Positions 29,389-46,132 are shown, counted from the stretch's first letter. The stretch: DNA of 64,000 bases from Vicinamibacteria bacterium (GCA_964291235.2 OZ219816.1:1440001-1504000); one strand, 5' to 3'. Translations and numbers: made by a program. Notes: a model not told the origin generated them from the sequence alone.

Positions 29389-30186
29389 ATGAACGCTGCC
29401 TCGCCAAGGAACGCCGTCGCCCTCGTGAAGCAGGTTCCCGACCGGAACTCCGCCTTTCGCCCCGCCGGCGACTGGATCGACGAATCCAGTCTCGGGTACG
29501 GCATCAACGACTACGACCGCTACGCGGTGGAAGCTGTCCTCGAACTGAAGGAAGCGGGACACGCCTCGGAAACGATCGCGGTGACCGCGGGGCCGGCGGA
29601 CGCGGGTCAGGTGCTCAGGAGTTGCCTGGCGATGGGGGTGGACCGCGGAGTCCACCTGATTACCGGACGCGACCGCCTCGCCGACCCCTTCTTCGTGGCG
29701 AGAGCGCTCTCCGAGGCGGTCGGCAAGCTGGACGCCGGAGTCGTCATCGCCGGACTGCTCGCCGAGGACAGCGGACACGGCCAGGTCGGGGGACTCGTCG
29801 CCGGATTGACGGGATATTCCTTCGCTTCGGCCGCCACCGGGCTGCAATTCGGAGACGGCGTCCTCGAAGTGCACCGGGAACTGGAAGGCGGCCGCGTGGC
29901 GGTCGTCGAGCTCACGCTCCCGGCGGTGGTCGCCGTGCAGACCGGAATCAACACTCCCCGCTACGCCAGCCTGCGCGGCATCATGGCCTCCCGCCGGAAA
30001 CCCGTCGAGCGCGTGGAACTGTCCGACGCCACCGGTTCCCCGGCGCTGCGGCGCCTCGCTCTGCGAAAACCGGAACGGGGCGTCAGCGCCGAGATTCTCC
30101 GGGGCTCGTCCACGGAGGTAGCCGAGGCGCTCGTGGGGCGGATGCGTTCCGGCGCCGGGATCGCCATTCCGGGAGACGCCCGGTGA
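29389..30186 (+). CDS. etfB: Electron transfer flavoprotein beta subunit
   Basis: LVKQVPD, INDYD.YAVE, LAMG.D, D...GQV, RELEGG, INTPRY.SL.GIM. Confidence 0.93.
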   Translation: MNAASPRNAVALVKQVPDRNSAFRPAGDWIDESSLGYGINDYDRYAVEAVLELKEAGHASETIAVTAGPADAGQVLRSCLAMGVDRGVHLITGRDRLADPFFVARALSEAVGKLDAGVVIAGLLAEDSGHGQVGGLVAGLTGYSFASAATGLQFGDGVLEVHRELEGGRVAVVELTLPAVVAVQTGINTPRYASLRGIMASRRKPVERVELSDATGSPALRRLALRKPERGVSAEILRGSSTEVAEALVGRMRSGAGIAIPGDAR

Positions 30187-31148
30187 GTCGCCGTACCCTC
30201 GTCTTTTGTGATCCGGCGGCGCCCGCCGGGATCACCCTCGAGCTCCTGCACGCCGCCACCGACCTTTCCGGGTCGGCGGAACGGGTGAGTGTCGTGGTTC
30301 CGGTGGGCGACGCCAGCCAGGGGCAGGAGTTGGCCGCCGCCATTCCGGCCGGTGAACTCCTGCTCGTCGAAGGGCCGGCCCTCCAGTCTCCGACCGCGGA
30401 CGGTTATGCGGCCGCCGTCCTGCACGCCCGGGAGGCGAGCGGCGCGGAGGCCGTCCTGCTGCCTCACAACCCGGCCGGCTGGGACGTGGCGCCGTTGGTG
30501 GCCGCCCGGCTCGGGACCGCGGCCGCCACCGCCGCGTCGGCGCTTTCCTGGAGCGACGGCGGCCTGGTGGCCCAACGGTCGGCGTTCCTGGGCAAATTCG
30601 TGCAGGACGTGGTGGCGCCCAGCCTTCCGGCGGTGGCAACCGTCGAGCCCGGCGCCTTCGCTGCACTGGAGGCCGGACCCGCGGCCTCCGTCCGCATCCT
30701 GCCCTCGCCGGTACACCCGGAGAACCTCCGTTCGCGTCTCGTTGAGATCCGGGACTCGGGCGGCGGCGGCGTGGACCTGACCGCCGCGGACGTGGTGGTG
30801 GCGGCCGGGCGGGGCCTCGGGGGCCCCGAGAACCTCGGAATCGTGCGGGAGCTGGCGGCCGCTCTCGGGGGCGTGGTCGGGGCCTCGCGGGCAGTCACGG
30901 ACGCCGGCTGGCTCCCCCACGAGTTGCAGATCGGCTCGAGCGGGGCCACCGTCTCGCCGAAGCTCTACGTCGCCTGCGCGATCTCCGGGGCCATCCAGCA
31001 CCTGGTGGGCATGCGCGGCTCCCGCTTCGTGGTGGCCATCAACAAGGATCCCGACGCCCCGATTTTCGGGGCCGCCGACGTGGGAATCGTCGGCGATGCG
31101 CTGGAGATCATTCCGGCCGTCACCGAGGCGGTCCGGGGCAGCGGCTAG
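30183..31148 (+). CDS. etfA: Electron transfer flavoprotein alpha subunit
   Basis: [47 protein letters not shown]; GTG start overlaps the etfB stop. Confidence 0.93.
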   Translation: MSRRTLVFCDPAAPAGITLELLHAATDLSGSAERVSVVVPVGDASQGQELAAAIPAGELLLVEGPALQSPTADGYAAAVLHAREASGAEAVLLPHNPAGWDVAPLVAARLGTAAATAASALSWSDGGLVAQRSAFLGKFVQDVVAPSLPAVATVEPGAFAALEAGPAASVRILPSPVHPENLRSRLVEIRDSGGGGVDLTAADVVVAAGRGLGGPENLGIVRELAAALGGVVGASRAVTDAGWLPHELQIGSSGATVSPKLYVACAISGAIQHLVGMRGSRFVVAINKDPDAPIFGAADVGIVGDALEIIPAVTEAVRGSG

Positions 31149-31422
31149 CGACGCCGCCTCCCGTCTCCACCGATAGATTCGCTTCCTCTCGCGCCACGGC
31201 GCCGGCGGGGTGACGACACTCACGTCGTTGATCCGGGAAGGGTTGGTGTCGTCAGGCGCCCGTGTCCGGCGCTGCCGGACGGGTGCGCGCCCCCGGTGAA
31301 CTTCTCGCCCGCCGGTTTCGTATCAGGACACCGACGAAGGGCGCGCGCGCCGCTCGCGGTCAGCAGCCGCGCCTTTCGCCGCCGGGCTGCGCCGGACATT
31401 GCCGGCCGCGCCCCCTCCGAAG

Positions 31423-33855
31423 ATGCGCAGCGCTTTCCGCTCCCTCCTGGCGAGCCGCGGCTACGCGCTCCTCGCGGTCTCGGTGGTCGCGCTCGGAGTC
31501 GGAGCCAACACCGCGGTCTTCACCGTGGTCCACGGCGCCCTGTTCGCGCCGCTCCCCTACCGCGCCCCGAGCGAGCTGGTGCGGGTGGCGACCCAGTTCC
31601 CCACCATGGGGTTCGACCGGTTCTGGATCTCCGCCCCGGAATACCTCGAATACCGGGAGTGGAGCGCGGCGTTCGCCGAGTCCGGAGTCTTCAACACCGG
31701 CACGTCCTCGGTGCAAGCCGGCGGAGCGCCGTTCCGCGCCGAGCTCGCTTCGGTCTCCGCGAGCCTCTTCCGCACCCTGGGGATCTCCGCCGCCCGCGGG
31801 AGGGTCTTTGGCGACGCCGAGGACCGCCCCGGCGCCGAACCCGTCGTCCTCCTCTCGGACGGGGTCTGGCGGCGATCCTTCGGCGCCGATCCGGACATCC
31901 TCGGCGCCCGGATCACGGTCGATGGGTTCCGGCGAACGGTCACGGGGGTCTTGCCGCCGGGAGTGGATCTGCTCGATCGCCGGATCGAGTTCTGGGTCCC
32001 GCTGGCCCTCGACCTCGCCGACCTCCCCGGACGCGGCAGCCACAACTACATCATGGTCGCCCGGCTCGCGGACGGGGTGGGGCTCGACGCGGCCCGCGCC
32101 GAGCTGCCCGTGCTCCTCGAACGCTGGCGGTCGGAATCCCAGGACACCCACGCGCCCGACCCCGAGTTCCACCCGGTCATCCTGCTGGACCTGCACGAGG
32201 AGGTCGCCGGCGCACACCGGGACCGGTTGCTCGCGCTTTTCGCGCTCGCCGGGCTGCTGCTGCTCGCCGCCTGCGCCAACCTCGCGAACCTCATGCTGGG
32301 ACGCGCCGAGGCGCGGCGCGGGGACTTCGCGCTGCGCGCCGCGCTCGGCGCCAGCCGCGCCGGGGCCGTGCGGCCTTTCCTCGCCGAAGGGGTGATCCTC
32401 GCCGGGATTGGCGGCGCCGCCGGCGTCCTGCTGGCGCGCGCCGGGATCGGAGCGCTGCTCGCCGCCTACCCGAGCGCGATCCCGCGGATCGCGGAAATTG
32501 GCATCTCCGCCCCGGTGCTGGCCTTTGCCCTCGCTTCCATCGCGATCACCGGCGCGGCCTTCGGGCTCGCGCCCGCCACCCATCTCGCCACTCCCCGGCG
32601 GCAGACCCACCTGCTGCGGAGCCTCTCCGCCGGTGGGGTGCGGACCACGCCCCGCCGGCGCCTGCTCCGGCAGGGCCTGGTCGCCGTCGAGGTCGGCCTG
32701 TCCGTGGTGCTGCTCGTCACCTGCCTGCTGCTCGTGCGCAGCCTCGGCGCCATCCGTCAGGTCGATCCCGGATTCGCGCCGGAAAACCTCGCCACGTTCC
32801 AGACCTTCCTCCCCGATACCGACTACCCGGAAGCCGCGGATCAACTCGCCTTCCTCGAGCGGCTGCGCGCCCGGCTGACCTCCGTGCCCGGCGTCAGCTC
32901 GGTCACCTACATGAGCGGGCTGCCGCCGCGGCGGCGGCTCAACGCCAACGATACGGAGATCGAAGGGATGCCGGAAGGCGAGGGGTTTCCGGTCCAGAAC
33001 ATGGATTACTGGCAGTTCGCGGGGCCCGGCTACTTCGAGACCATGGGTATCCCGCTGCTGTCGGGCCGGGGGTTCACTCCCTCCGACGACGGCGGCGCCA
33101 CCCCGGTAGCGGTCGTGAATCGGACCGCCGCGGAGCTCTTCTGGCCCGGACAGGATCCGGTCGGCCGGCGGCTCCGGCCGCCCGCTCCCGAGGTTCCGTG
33201 GTTCACGGTCGTGGGGGTGGCGAAGGACGTCAAACAGGGCGGCCTCGAGGCGGAGACCGGCACCGAGGTCTATTTCCACTATCCGCAGACGGCGGCCGCG
33301 GTGGGTTTCGCTCCCCGCACAGTGAATCTGGTCGCCCGCACGCCGCTGCCGCCCGAGACCCTGGCGCCGGCGATCCGGGAGGCCACCCACGCGCTGGATC
33401 CGGCGCTCCCGGTCGACGGCTTCCGGAGCATGGAGGCCGTGCTATCCGAGGCGGTCGCCGGACCGCGTTTCCTCGCCCTGCTGCTGATCGTGTTCGCCGC
33501 ACTCGCGATCGCGCTCGCCGCCACCGGGGCGGGAAGCGTGGTCGCGGCACTCGCCGCCGAGCGCACGTCCGAGCTGGGAGTGCGCATGGCGCTCGGCGCC
33601 ACCCGCAGAGACCTGATGCGCCTGGTGCTCGGCCAGGGGATGCGGCTCGCGGGGCTCGGACTCGCGGTCGGCGCGGCCGTCGCGGTGGCGGCGAGCCGGC
33701 TGCTCCAGAGCCTGCTCTTCGGGGTGAGCGCCACCGACGCCGGGTCCTTTTTGGCGGCCCTCGGGATCGTGCTTGCCGCCGCGGCGCTCGCCTGCGCGCT
33801 CCCCGCCCATCGCGCCGCCGGCCTCGCGCCGAGCGCCGCGCTACGCGGCGAATAG
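31423..33855 (+). CDS. ADOP-type duplicated MacB/FtsX ABC permease (orphan)
   Basis: ALGVGANTAVF, LPY, ACANLANLML.R...R..DFALRAALGA, QGLV..EV.LS.VLL, RTSELGVRMALGA, PA.RAA...P..ALRGE. Confidence 0.9.
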   Translation: MRSAFRSLLASRGYALLAVSVVALGVGANTAVFTVVHGALFAPLPYRAPSELVRVATQFPTMGFDRFWISAPEYLEYREWSAAFAESGVFNTGTSSVQAGGAPFRAELASVSASLFRTLGISAARGRVFGDAEDRPGAEPVVLLSDGVWRRSFGADPDILGARITVDGFRRTVTGVLPPGVDLLDRRIEFWVPLALDLADLPGRGSHNYIMVARLADGVGLDAARAELPVLLERWRSESQDTHAPDPEFHPVILLDLHEEVAGAHRDRLLALFALAGLLLLAACANLANLMLGRAEARRGDFALRAALGASRAGAVRPFLAEGVILAGIGGAAGVLLARAGIGALLAAYPSAIPRIAEIGISAPVLAFALASIAITGAAFGLAPATHLATPRRQTHLLRSLSAGGVRTTPRRRLLRQGLVAVEVGLSVVLLVTCLLLVRSLGAIRQVDPGFAPENLATFQTFLPDTDYPEAADQLAFLERLRARLTSVPGVSSVTYMSGLPPRRRLNANDTEIEGMPEGEGFPVQNMDYWQFAGPGYFETMGIPLLSGRGFTPSDDGGATPVAVVNRTAAELFWPGQDPVGRRLRPPAPEVPWFTVVGVAKDVKQGGLEAETGTEVYFHYPQTAAAVGFAPRTVNLVARTPLPPETLAPAIREATHALDPALPVDGFRSMEAVLSEAVAGPRFLALLLIVFAALAIALAATGAGSVVAALAAERTSELGVRMALGATRRDLMRLVLGQGMRLAGLGLAVGAAVAVAASRLLQSLLFGVSATDAGSFLAALGIVLAAAALACALPAHRAAGLAPSAALRGE

Positions 33856-33883
33856 GCCCGCCGGGCCCGGTTCAGCCGGCCGG

Positions 33884-35272
33884 CTACACCATGGCGTCCG
33901 GTCGGACCCACGCGTCGAACTGCTCGGCGGTGAGGAGGCCGAGGGCCAGCGCCGCTTCCTTGAGCGACGTTCCGTCGGCGTAGGCCTTCTTGGCGATCTT
34001 CGCCGCGTTGTCGTAGCCGATGTGCGGGTTCAGCGCGGTGACGAGCATGAGCGAACGCTGCAGGTTGTCGCGCAGCCGCTCCGCATTCGCCTCGATGCCC
34101 ACCACGCAGCGCTCCCGGAAAGAGTCGCACCCGTCGGCGATCAGCCGGGCGCTGCCCAGGAAGTTGTGGGCGATCAGCGGCTTCATCACGTTCAACTCGA
34201 AGTTGCCCCCCGCCCCGCCGACGCCGATCGCCACGTCGTTGCCGAGGACCTGCGCCGTGGCCATCAGGAGCGCCTCGGACTGGGTCGGATTCACTTTGCC
34301 GGGCATGATCGAACTCCCGGGTTCGTTGGCGGGAATCCGGATCTCCCCGATCCCCGACCGGGGGCCGGAAGCCAGCCAGCGAATGTCGTTCGCGATCTTG
34401 TGCAGCGAGACCGCCACCGTCTTGAGGGCGCCGTGGCCCGCGACCAGAGCATCCTTCGAGGCCAGTGCCTCGAATTTATTGGGCGCGGTGACGAAATCGC
34501 AACCCGTGAGCCGGGTGAGCCAGGTAGCCGCCCGCACTCCCATTTCGGGATGGGCGTTCAGTCCGGTGCCCACCGCGGTGCCACCGAGCGCCAGTTCCCT
34601 CAGATGCGGCAGAGACCCCTCGATCCGCGCCGCGCCGTGGCCGAGTTGGGCGGCGTAGCCCGAAAATTCCTGGCCGAGGGTGAGTGGAGTGGCGTCCTGG
34701 AGATGCGTCCGTCCGATCTTCACGACCGAGCTGAAGGCTTCCGCACGCTCGGCGAGCGCCGCCCCGAGCGCGCGGACCGCGGGCAGCACCCTCTCTTCGA
34801 CGGCAAGCACCGCGGCGACGTGCATCGCGGTGGGAAACACGTCGTTCGACGACTGACCGCGGTTCACGTCGTCGTTCGGATGGATCAACCGGCCTTCGCC
34901 CCGTGAACCGCCGAGGAGTTCGCTGGCGCGGTTCGCGAGCACCTCGTTCATGTTCATGTTGGACTGGGTGCCGCTTCCGGTCTGCCAGACGAGCAGCGGG
35001 AACTCGTCGGGATGCTCTCCAGCGAGCACCTCGTCCGCCGCGGCGGCGATGGCGTCCGCCTTCTCCTCGGCCAGCCGGCCGAGGTCCCGGTTCACGAGCG
35101 CGGCCGCCTTCTTGACGAGCGCGAGCGCGGACACGATCTCGCGGGGCATCCGCTCGCCGGAAATCCGGAAGTTCTGCCGGGAACGCTCGGTCTGCGCTCC
35201 GTAGAGCCGCTCCGCGGGAACGGAGACATCCCCGAGGGTGTCCCTTTCGATTCTGGTGTTCGACTCAGTCAA
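33884..35272 (-). CDS. fumC: Class II fumarate hydratase
   Basis: [52 protein letters not shown] start at 35272 with a GGAGG RBS. Confidence 0.96.
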   Translation of the reverse strand: MTESNTRIERDTLGDVSVPAERLYGAQTERSRQNFRISGERMPREIVSALALVKKAAALVNRDLGRLAEEKADAIAAAADEVLAGEHPDEFPLLVWQTGSGTQSNMNMNEVLANRASELLGGSRGEGRLIHPNDDVNRGQSSNDVFPTAMHVAAVLAVEERVLPAVRALGAALAERAEAFSSVVKIGRTHLQDATPLTLGQEFSGYAAQLGHGAARIEGSLPHLRELALGGTAVGTGLNAHPEMGVRAATWLTRLTGCDFVTAPNKFEALASKDALVAGHGALKTVAVSLHKIANDIRWLASGPRSGIGEIRIPANEPGSSIMPGKVNPTQSEALLMATAQVLGNDVAIGVGGAGGNFELNVMKPLIAHNFLGSARLIADGCDSFRERCVVGIEANAERLRDNLQRSLMLVTALNPHIGYDNAAKIAKKAYADGTSLKEAALALGLLTAEQFDAWVRPDAMV

Positions 35273-35385
35273 CGATGCCTCCTGCCGCGGCCCGGCCGCG
35301 GCGCGCCGGAATCGTACCGTGGGGAACCGGAGCCCGGACATCGCCCCTCCCGGCCAGTTCTCCGGGTGGGGGCCGGCGCGGCGCT

Positions 35386-36150
35386 CCGTTAGCGACAGGT
35401 GCTGCCCTCCCGCCGGTTCCGTTATCGACAGGTGCTGCCCGCCGCCCAATCCGTTATCGACAGGTGCTGCCCTCCACCGAATCCGTTATCGACAGGTGCT
35501 GGCCACCGCCGAATCCGTTATCGACAGGTGGCGCCCACCACCGACTCCGTTATCGACAGGTGCTGCCCGCCGCCGAATCCGTTATCGACAGGTGCTGCCC
35601 ACCGCCGAATCCGTTATCGACAGGTGCTGCCCTCCCGCCGGTTCCGTTATCGACAGGTGCTGGCCACCGCCGACTCCGTTATCGACAGGTGCTGCCCACC
35701 GCCGAATCCGTTATCGACAGGTGCTGCCCTCCCGCCGGTTCCGTTATCGACAGGTGCTGGCCACCGCCGAATCCGTTATCGACAGGTGCTGTCCACCGCC
35801 GGTGCCGTTATCGACAGGTGCTGCCCGCCGCCGAATCCGTTATCGACAGGTGCTGGCCACCGCCGGTGCCGTTATCGACAGGTGCTGCCCGCCGCCCAAT
35901 CCGTTATCGACAGGTGCTGTCCACCGCCGGTGCCGTTATCGACAGGTGCTGGCCGCCGCCGAATCCGTTATCGACAGGTGCTGCCCGCCGCCGATTCCGT
36001 TATCGACAGGCGCTGCCCACCACCGACTCCGTTATCGACAGGTGCTTCCCACCGCCGATTCCGTTATCGGCAGGTGCTGCCCTCCCGCCGGTTCCATTAT
36101 CGACAGGTGCTGGCCACCGCCGGTGCCGTTATCGACAGGTGCTGCCCCCC
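35386..36150. repeat. Tandem array of 24 units of 32-33 bp: conserved core CCGTTATCGACAGGTGCTG plus a 13-14 nt semi-variable tail
   Basis: Units counted by hand starting at 35386, 35419, 35451 ... 36094, 36126. Intergenic between the S9 peptidase stop and the fumC start. Confidence 0.97.
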
Positions 36151-36195
36151 GGGCGGTCCCGCTGGCCGGCTCCGCTGTTTCCTGGGTCTCCCGAT

Positions 36196-38115
36196 TCAGC
36201 GGCAGGAGCCGAGGTGGCGGGAGAAGAACTCCTCCACCCGGCGGTAGAGCGCGATGCGGTTCTCCGGGTCGCGGAAGCCGTGGCCCTCCGGATAGGTGTG
36301 GGCCTCGTAGTCGATCCCGTGTTTCTCGAAGGCGGCCACCGCGAGCTCGAAGTTGAGAAAGGGCGCGCGCACGTCGCGCTCGCCGTGCTGGATCAGGACC
36401 GGCGCGGTGATGTTCCCGATACGGGCGAGCGTTTCGGTCTTGTCGTAGATCTCGGGACGTTCCTCCGGGAGTCCGCCGTGGCCGTCCACCGTAAAGACCC
36501 GTCCGAGCCGGTCCTGGTGCTCGAAGGTCTGCCGCTCGGAGTAGATCCCGGCCATCGGCGCCGCGGCGTCGAACTTGCCGGGGGTGCGGGTGATCGCCGC
36601 CATGCTCTGCATCCCGCCGTAGCTGTAGCCGTAGATGCCGACCTCGCCGCTCACGTAGGGTTGCGCTCGCAGCCAGTCGGCGGCCGATCCGGGGTCGAGT
36701 GCCTGTCCGTTCAGCCAGTCCTCGTCCCCCAGATCCTGAAACTCCCGCCCGAACCCGGAGCCGCCGCGGTAGTTCACCGCCAGCACCACGAAGCCCCGGG
36801 ACGCGAGGTACTGCTCGGTCAGATTCGGCCCCTTGAGGTAGGAGTTGGTGCCCCCGCCGTGGACCTGGACGAGTGCCGGGCAAACGGCCCCCTCTTCCGC
36901 CGCCGCCGGAAGGTAGAGAAAGCCCTGAACGTAGTGGCCGTCGAAGCTGCGGTAGGAGATCTCGCGCGGCGCGCGCACGCCGTCAAAGACGGGGGCGAGC
37001 GCGGTGAGCCGCCGGGCCGGGCCGCCTGCCGCCGAAACCGCGTAGAGCTCGCCCCCCCCGGTCGCGGACGACCGGACGAACGCGAAGCCCTCCGCCCCGG
37101 CGGTCGCGGTGACGCTTGAGAACACCCCTCCCAGGTTCGTCACCCGGGTGGCGGCGCCGCCGATCGCGGCGACCGACCACAGGTGATGCTCGCCGCGCTC
37201 CTGGTGGGTGAAAAAGAGGCGCGAACCGTCCGCCGACCAGAAAGGGCGGAAGCGGTAGGCGGTGGCGAACGACGACATGGGCACCGGCTCTTCGGGTCCG
37301 CCCGCCGGATCAAGCAGGTAGAGATCGGCGATGTCCAGGTACCAGTACTGGTCCTTTTCCACTCCCAGCACCGCGATCCGGCTCCCGTCCGGGGACCACG
37401 CCGGGGCCGTGGAGATGGCGCGCAGTGAATTCGTGAGTTGGGTCTCCTCTCCCGTTGCCACCTCGGCCAGCCAGACGTCGTCCTGCCAATAGTCCGCCTT
37501 GTTCGCCACGTAGGCGACGGTCCCGCCGTCCGGCGACCAGGAAACGCCGAAACGCACCTCGTCGGCAGTCATCGCGCCCCGGGTGAGCTGGCGAGGCTCG
37601 CCACCCATAGCGGGCACGAGCCAGACGTCCTGGCTGCCGCTCGCACGCGCCATGACGGCGATCGTTTCCCCGTCCGGGGACCAGGCGGGAGCGCGGACTC
37701 CGTCCACACCGTCGGTGAGCTGCGCCGCATCCGGATCTCCGACCGGCGTCCGGAAGAGGTTGCCCTCGCGCAGGAAGGCGATCTGCCGACTGTCGGGAGA
37801 CCAGGCCGGCGAACCTCCGGAGACCCAGTAGCGGAGCACCGGCGGCTCTTCCGTCAAGTCGAGGAGGTGCATGCCCCGACCGTCGGCGGTCTGGGCGACC
37901 GCCGCCACCCAGCGGCCGTCCGGAGAAATGGCCGCGGAGAAGACGCCGCCGCGGGCATCGCGGTAGATGTTCTCGAGCGTGAGGGGAACGGAATCGACCT
38001 CCCCGGACCCGGAGGAATCCGGAGAACCGCAACCGGCGAACACCAACGACGCCAGGAACGTCCCGAGCAGGAGTTGCGGCCCGAACCCCGAAACGGGGGA
38101 ACCTGAAGAGCGCAT
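36196..38115 (-). CDS. S9 family peptidase lipoprotein with WD40-like (PD40) propeller
   Basis: Lipobox VFAGC, repeated WSPDG, HGG, NYRGGSGFG, nucleophile GYSYGG, HGERDVR, EGHGF. Start ATG 38115. Confidence 0.9.
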   Translation of the reverse strand: MRSSGSPVSGFGPQLLLGTFLASLVFAGCGSPDSSGSGEVDSVPLTLENIYRDARGGVFSAAISPDGRWVAAVAQTADGRGMHLLDLTEEPPVLRYWVSGGSPAWSPDSRQIAFLREGNLFRTPVGDPDAAQLTDGVDGVRAPAWSPDGETIAVMARASGSQDVWLVPAMGGEPRQLTRGAMTADEVRFGVSWSPDGGTVAYVANKADYWQDDVWLAEVATGEETQLTNSLRAISTAPAWSPDGSRIAVLGVEKDQYWYLDIADLYLLDPAGGPEEPVPMSSFATAYRFRPFWSADGSRLFFTHQERGEHHLWSVAAIGGAATRVTNLGGVFSSVTATAGAEGFAFVRSSATGGGELYAVSAAGGPARRLTALAPVFDGVRAPREISYRSFDGHYVQGFLYLPAAAEEGAVCPALVQVHGGGTNSYLKGPNLTEQYLASRGFVVLAVNYRGGSGFGREFQDLGDEDWLNGQALDPGSAADWLRAQPYVSGEVGIYGYSYGGMQSMAAITRTPGKFDAAAPMAGIYSERQTFEHQDRLGRVFTVDGHGGLPEERPEIYDKTETLARIGNITAPVLIQHGERDVRAPFLNFELAVAAFEKHGIDYEAHTYPEGHGFRDPENRIALYRRVEEFFSRHLGSCR

Positions 38116-38211
38116 CGGCCTATTGTCTCCGGGGACGCGGTGCCTCGGGGGCCGTTCCGGCTCCCGGGCCGGTACCATTGGCCCCTTCGACGGGGAGAAA
38201 GAAGGCCACCC

Positions 38212-39333
38212 ATGAGAACTACCGCCCTGCCTTGCCGAATCGTCCTGGCGGCGGCCCTTTCTCTGGTCGCCGGAATGGCCGCTGCCCAGACCAGCGCCGA
38301 ACAGAGCTACTTCGTGTACGTCGCCGCCGAGTCCGACGACACCGTGGATCTGGTCCGGTTCGGCCCGGACGGCGGCGAACTCCTCCGCCGGATTCCGGTC
38401 GGAATCCTCCCGAACGAGATCGAGGGCCCGCACGGGGTCCGGGTCTCGCCCGACGGCCGGCACTGGTACGTCTCCATCGCGCACGGCATGCCCTACGGCA
38501 CCGTCCACAAGTTCGAGACCGGGACCGACCTCGAGGTGGCGGACACCACCGCCGGGCTCTTTCCCGCCACCATGGACATCAGCCCCGCGACCGGATTCCT
38601 CTTCGTCGTCAACTTCAACCTCCACGGCGACCACGTGCCGTCGAACGTCTCGGTGATCGACACCGTTTCCATGACCGAGATCGCCCAGATCAAACAGGGA
38701 GTGATGCCGCACGGATCGCGGCTGGGGACGGAGGGAATGCTGGCCTATTCGGTCGCCATGATGAGCGCGGAGCTGTTCGAGATCGACACCATGACCTTCC
38801 AGGCCAGCCGGCGGATGCGGCTCACCGGGGAGAACGAGACCACCGGGGCGGTTCTGGAGAACGACCCGCATGCGGGACACGCGATGGGTGGCGGCCCGGC
38901 CGCCAGCCCCACCTGGGTCCAGCCCGCCCCGGACGGCAAGCACGCCTACGTCGCGCTCCAGGGACTGAATCAGGTTCTTGAAGTGGATCTCGAGGCCTGG
39001 GAGCCGCGTCGCCGCTTCCATACCCAAAGGGGCCCCTACAACATCGACGTCTCCGCGGATGGGAAGCACCTGGTCGTCACCGAAAAGACGAATCATTCGG
39101 TCGGCTTCTGGGATCTCGAGGCCGGGACGGAGCGTGCCTCGATCGCGGCCTCGGCGCGCATCACCCACGGCGTGGTCATCACCCCCGACAGTCGATTCGC
39201 CATCGTGACCGTCGAGGAAATCGGCGGTGAGCCCGGCCGGGTCGAGTTCTACAACCTGGACTCACTGGACCGGGAAGCGGTGGTCGAAGTCGGGAAACAG
39301 GCCTCCGGCATCGCCTTTTGGAAAACCGAGTAG
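38212..39333 (+). CDS. YncE/YVTN-type beta-propeller secreted protein
   Basis: Signal peptide, IPVG, PHG..VSPDG repeats, VSVID, VEVG. Confidence 0.8.
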   Translation: MRTTALPCRIVLAAALSLVAGMAAAQTSAEQSYFVYVAAESDDTVDLVRFGPDGGELLRRIPVGILPNEIEGPHGVRVSPDGRHWYVSIAHGMPYGTVHKFETGTDLEVADTTAGLFPATMDISPATGFLFVVNFNLHGDHVPSNVSVIDTVSMTEIAQIKQGVMPHGSRLGTEGMLAYSVAMMSAELFEIDTMTFQASRRMRLTGENETTGAVLENDPHAGHAMGGGPAASPTWVQPAPDGKHAYVALQGLNQVLEVDLEAWEPRRRFHTQRGPYNIDVSADGKHLVVTEKTNHSVGFWDLEAGTERASIAASARITHGVVITPDSRFAIVTVEEIGGEPGRVEFYNLDSLDREAVVEVGKQASGIAFWKTE

Positions 39334-39344
39334 CGACGGCTCGA

Positions 39345-45253
<5,909 letters not shown>

Positions 45254-45295
45254 TGTCCGTACCGGCGCCGCCGCCCGCGAGGGCCGCGGAACCGC

Positions 45296-45983
45296 GTGCC
45301 GCCGATGTCTGCCGCTCCGCAAGAACTCGGATACCCCGTGGTCCGAACCTTGCGTCGCGACGAAGCAGCGAAGGAGATTCTGATGCTTGAGCGGATGACC
45401 CACTGGACCATCCGGTCCGAGCCGAACCGACGGCGTGTCGCACCGCCACACCACCTGACCTCTCCCCCTGCTCCGTCTGCTCTTCCAACAGAGCAACTGC
45501 TTCCAGGTCGTGGACCGGGCGGCCGGGCTGCGGGCGATTGACACCGAACAGCAGCTCGCCCGCGAGGGGATGTTGCAGGAAGGAAGCGGTTTCACCGCCG
45601 GACAGTTGGTCGCGGCCGATTACTCGCTGACTCCGCATCTCGTGTTCGCGGAGGACGAAGCCGGGGGTTTCCGCTGGGGAGGAGCACTCATCGGCGCTGC
45701 GATTCTCGGCCCCTTGGGTCTCCTCGCCGGAGGCGTCGATGTCGAGAACTCCGAAGCGCAGGTCGTGATGTTCCTTACCGACAACCGCTCCGGGATTCAG
45801 GTTGCCGCCGCCGAGGGCAGCGCCACGGTCTCCGATTGGGGATTCCTGGGATTCGGTAGCGGTGATGATGGGTTGAGCGGCGCGATGGGTTGGGCGAATA
45901 CGAACACCGGGAAAGTCGTCGCGGCCGCCCTGGTGGACGGCCTGAACAAGATCGTGCAGATCGTTCGGGAACAGACACCGTAG
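45296..45983 (+). pseudogene. CsgG/HfaB-like envelope protein with a disrupted 5' region (pseudogene or sequencing error)
   Basis: Frame of 45510-45983 extends upstream as PLLRLLFQQSNCFQVVDR to an in-frame TGA at 45456. Downstream GQLVAADYSLTP, LTDNRSGIQVAAAEG, GKVVAAA resembles the CsgG/HfaB family. Confidence 0.6.
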
Positions 45984-46132
45984 GACCAGGAGCAGTCCCC
46001 CCTCTCCGCCAAGCTCCGTCGCCGCTCACCGGCGCGGTTCCGTTGCCCGGGGCCCTCGCTGAGCAGCCCATTGTCGCCCGGGTCGCTCCGTCCCCACCCA
46101 GGCGTTACCGGGTGCGGTGGAAGAATGCTCCG

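Noticed and set aside
35386-36150. CRISPR array
   Set aside because: The variable parts are only 13-14 nt, resemble each other and recur. There is no leader or cas gene in the window.
35386-36150. Replication origin (oriC)
   Set aside because: The core mismatches a conserved DnaA-box position, there is no AT-rich unwinding element, and no dnaA/dnaN/gidA context. Kept only as DnaA-box-like.
35238-37119. Repeat-protein ORFs across the array (RYRQVL / VIDRCC / PLSTGA)
   Set aside because: The 32-bp period cycles the same peptides through all three frames, and the ORFs overlap fumC or the S9 peptidase antisense.
36196-39168. 990-aa version of the S9 peptidase, and similar N-terminal over-extensions (14586-16367, 19783-22611, 40862-45253, 49516-52881)
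   Set aside because: The extensions overlap well-supported neighbouring genes and arise from stop-codon scarcity at high GC. Starts were trimmed.
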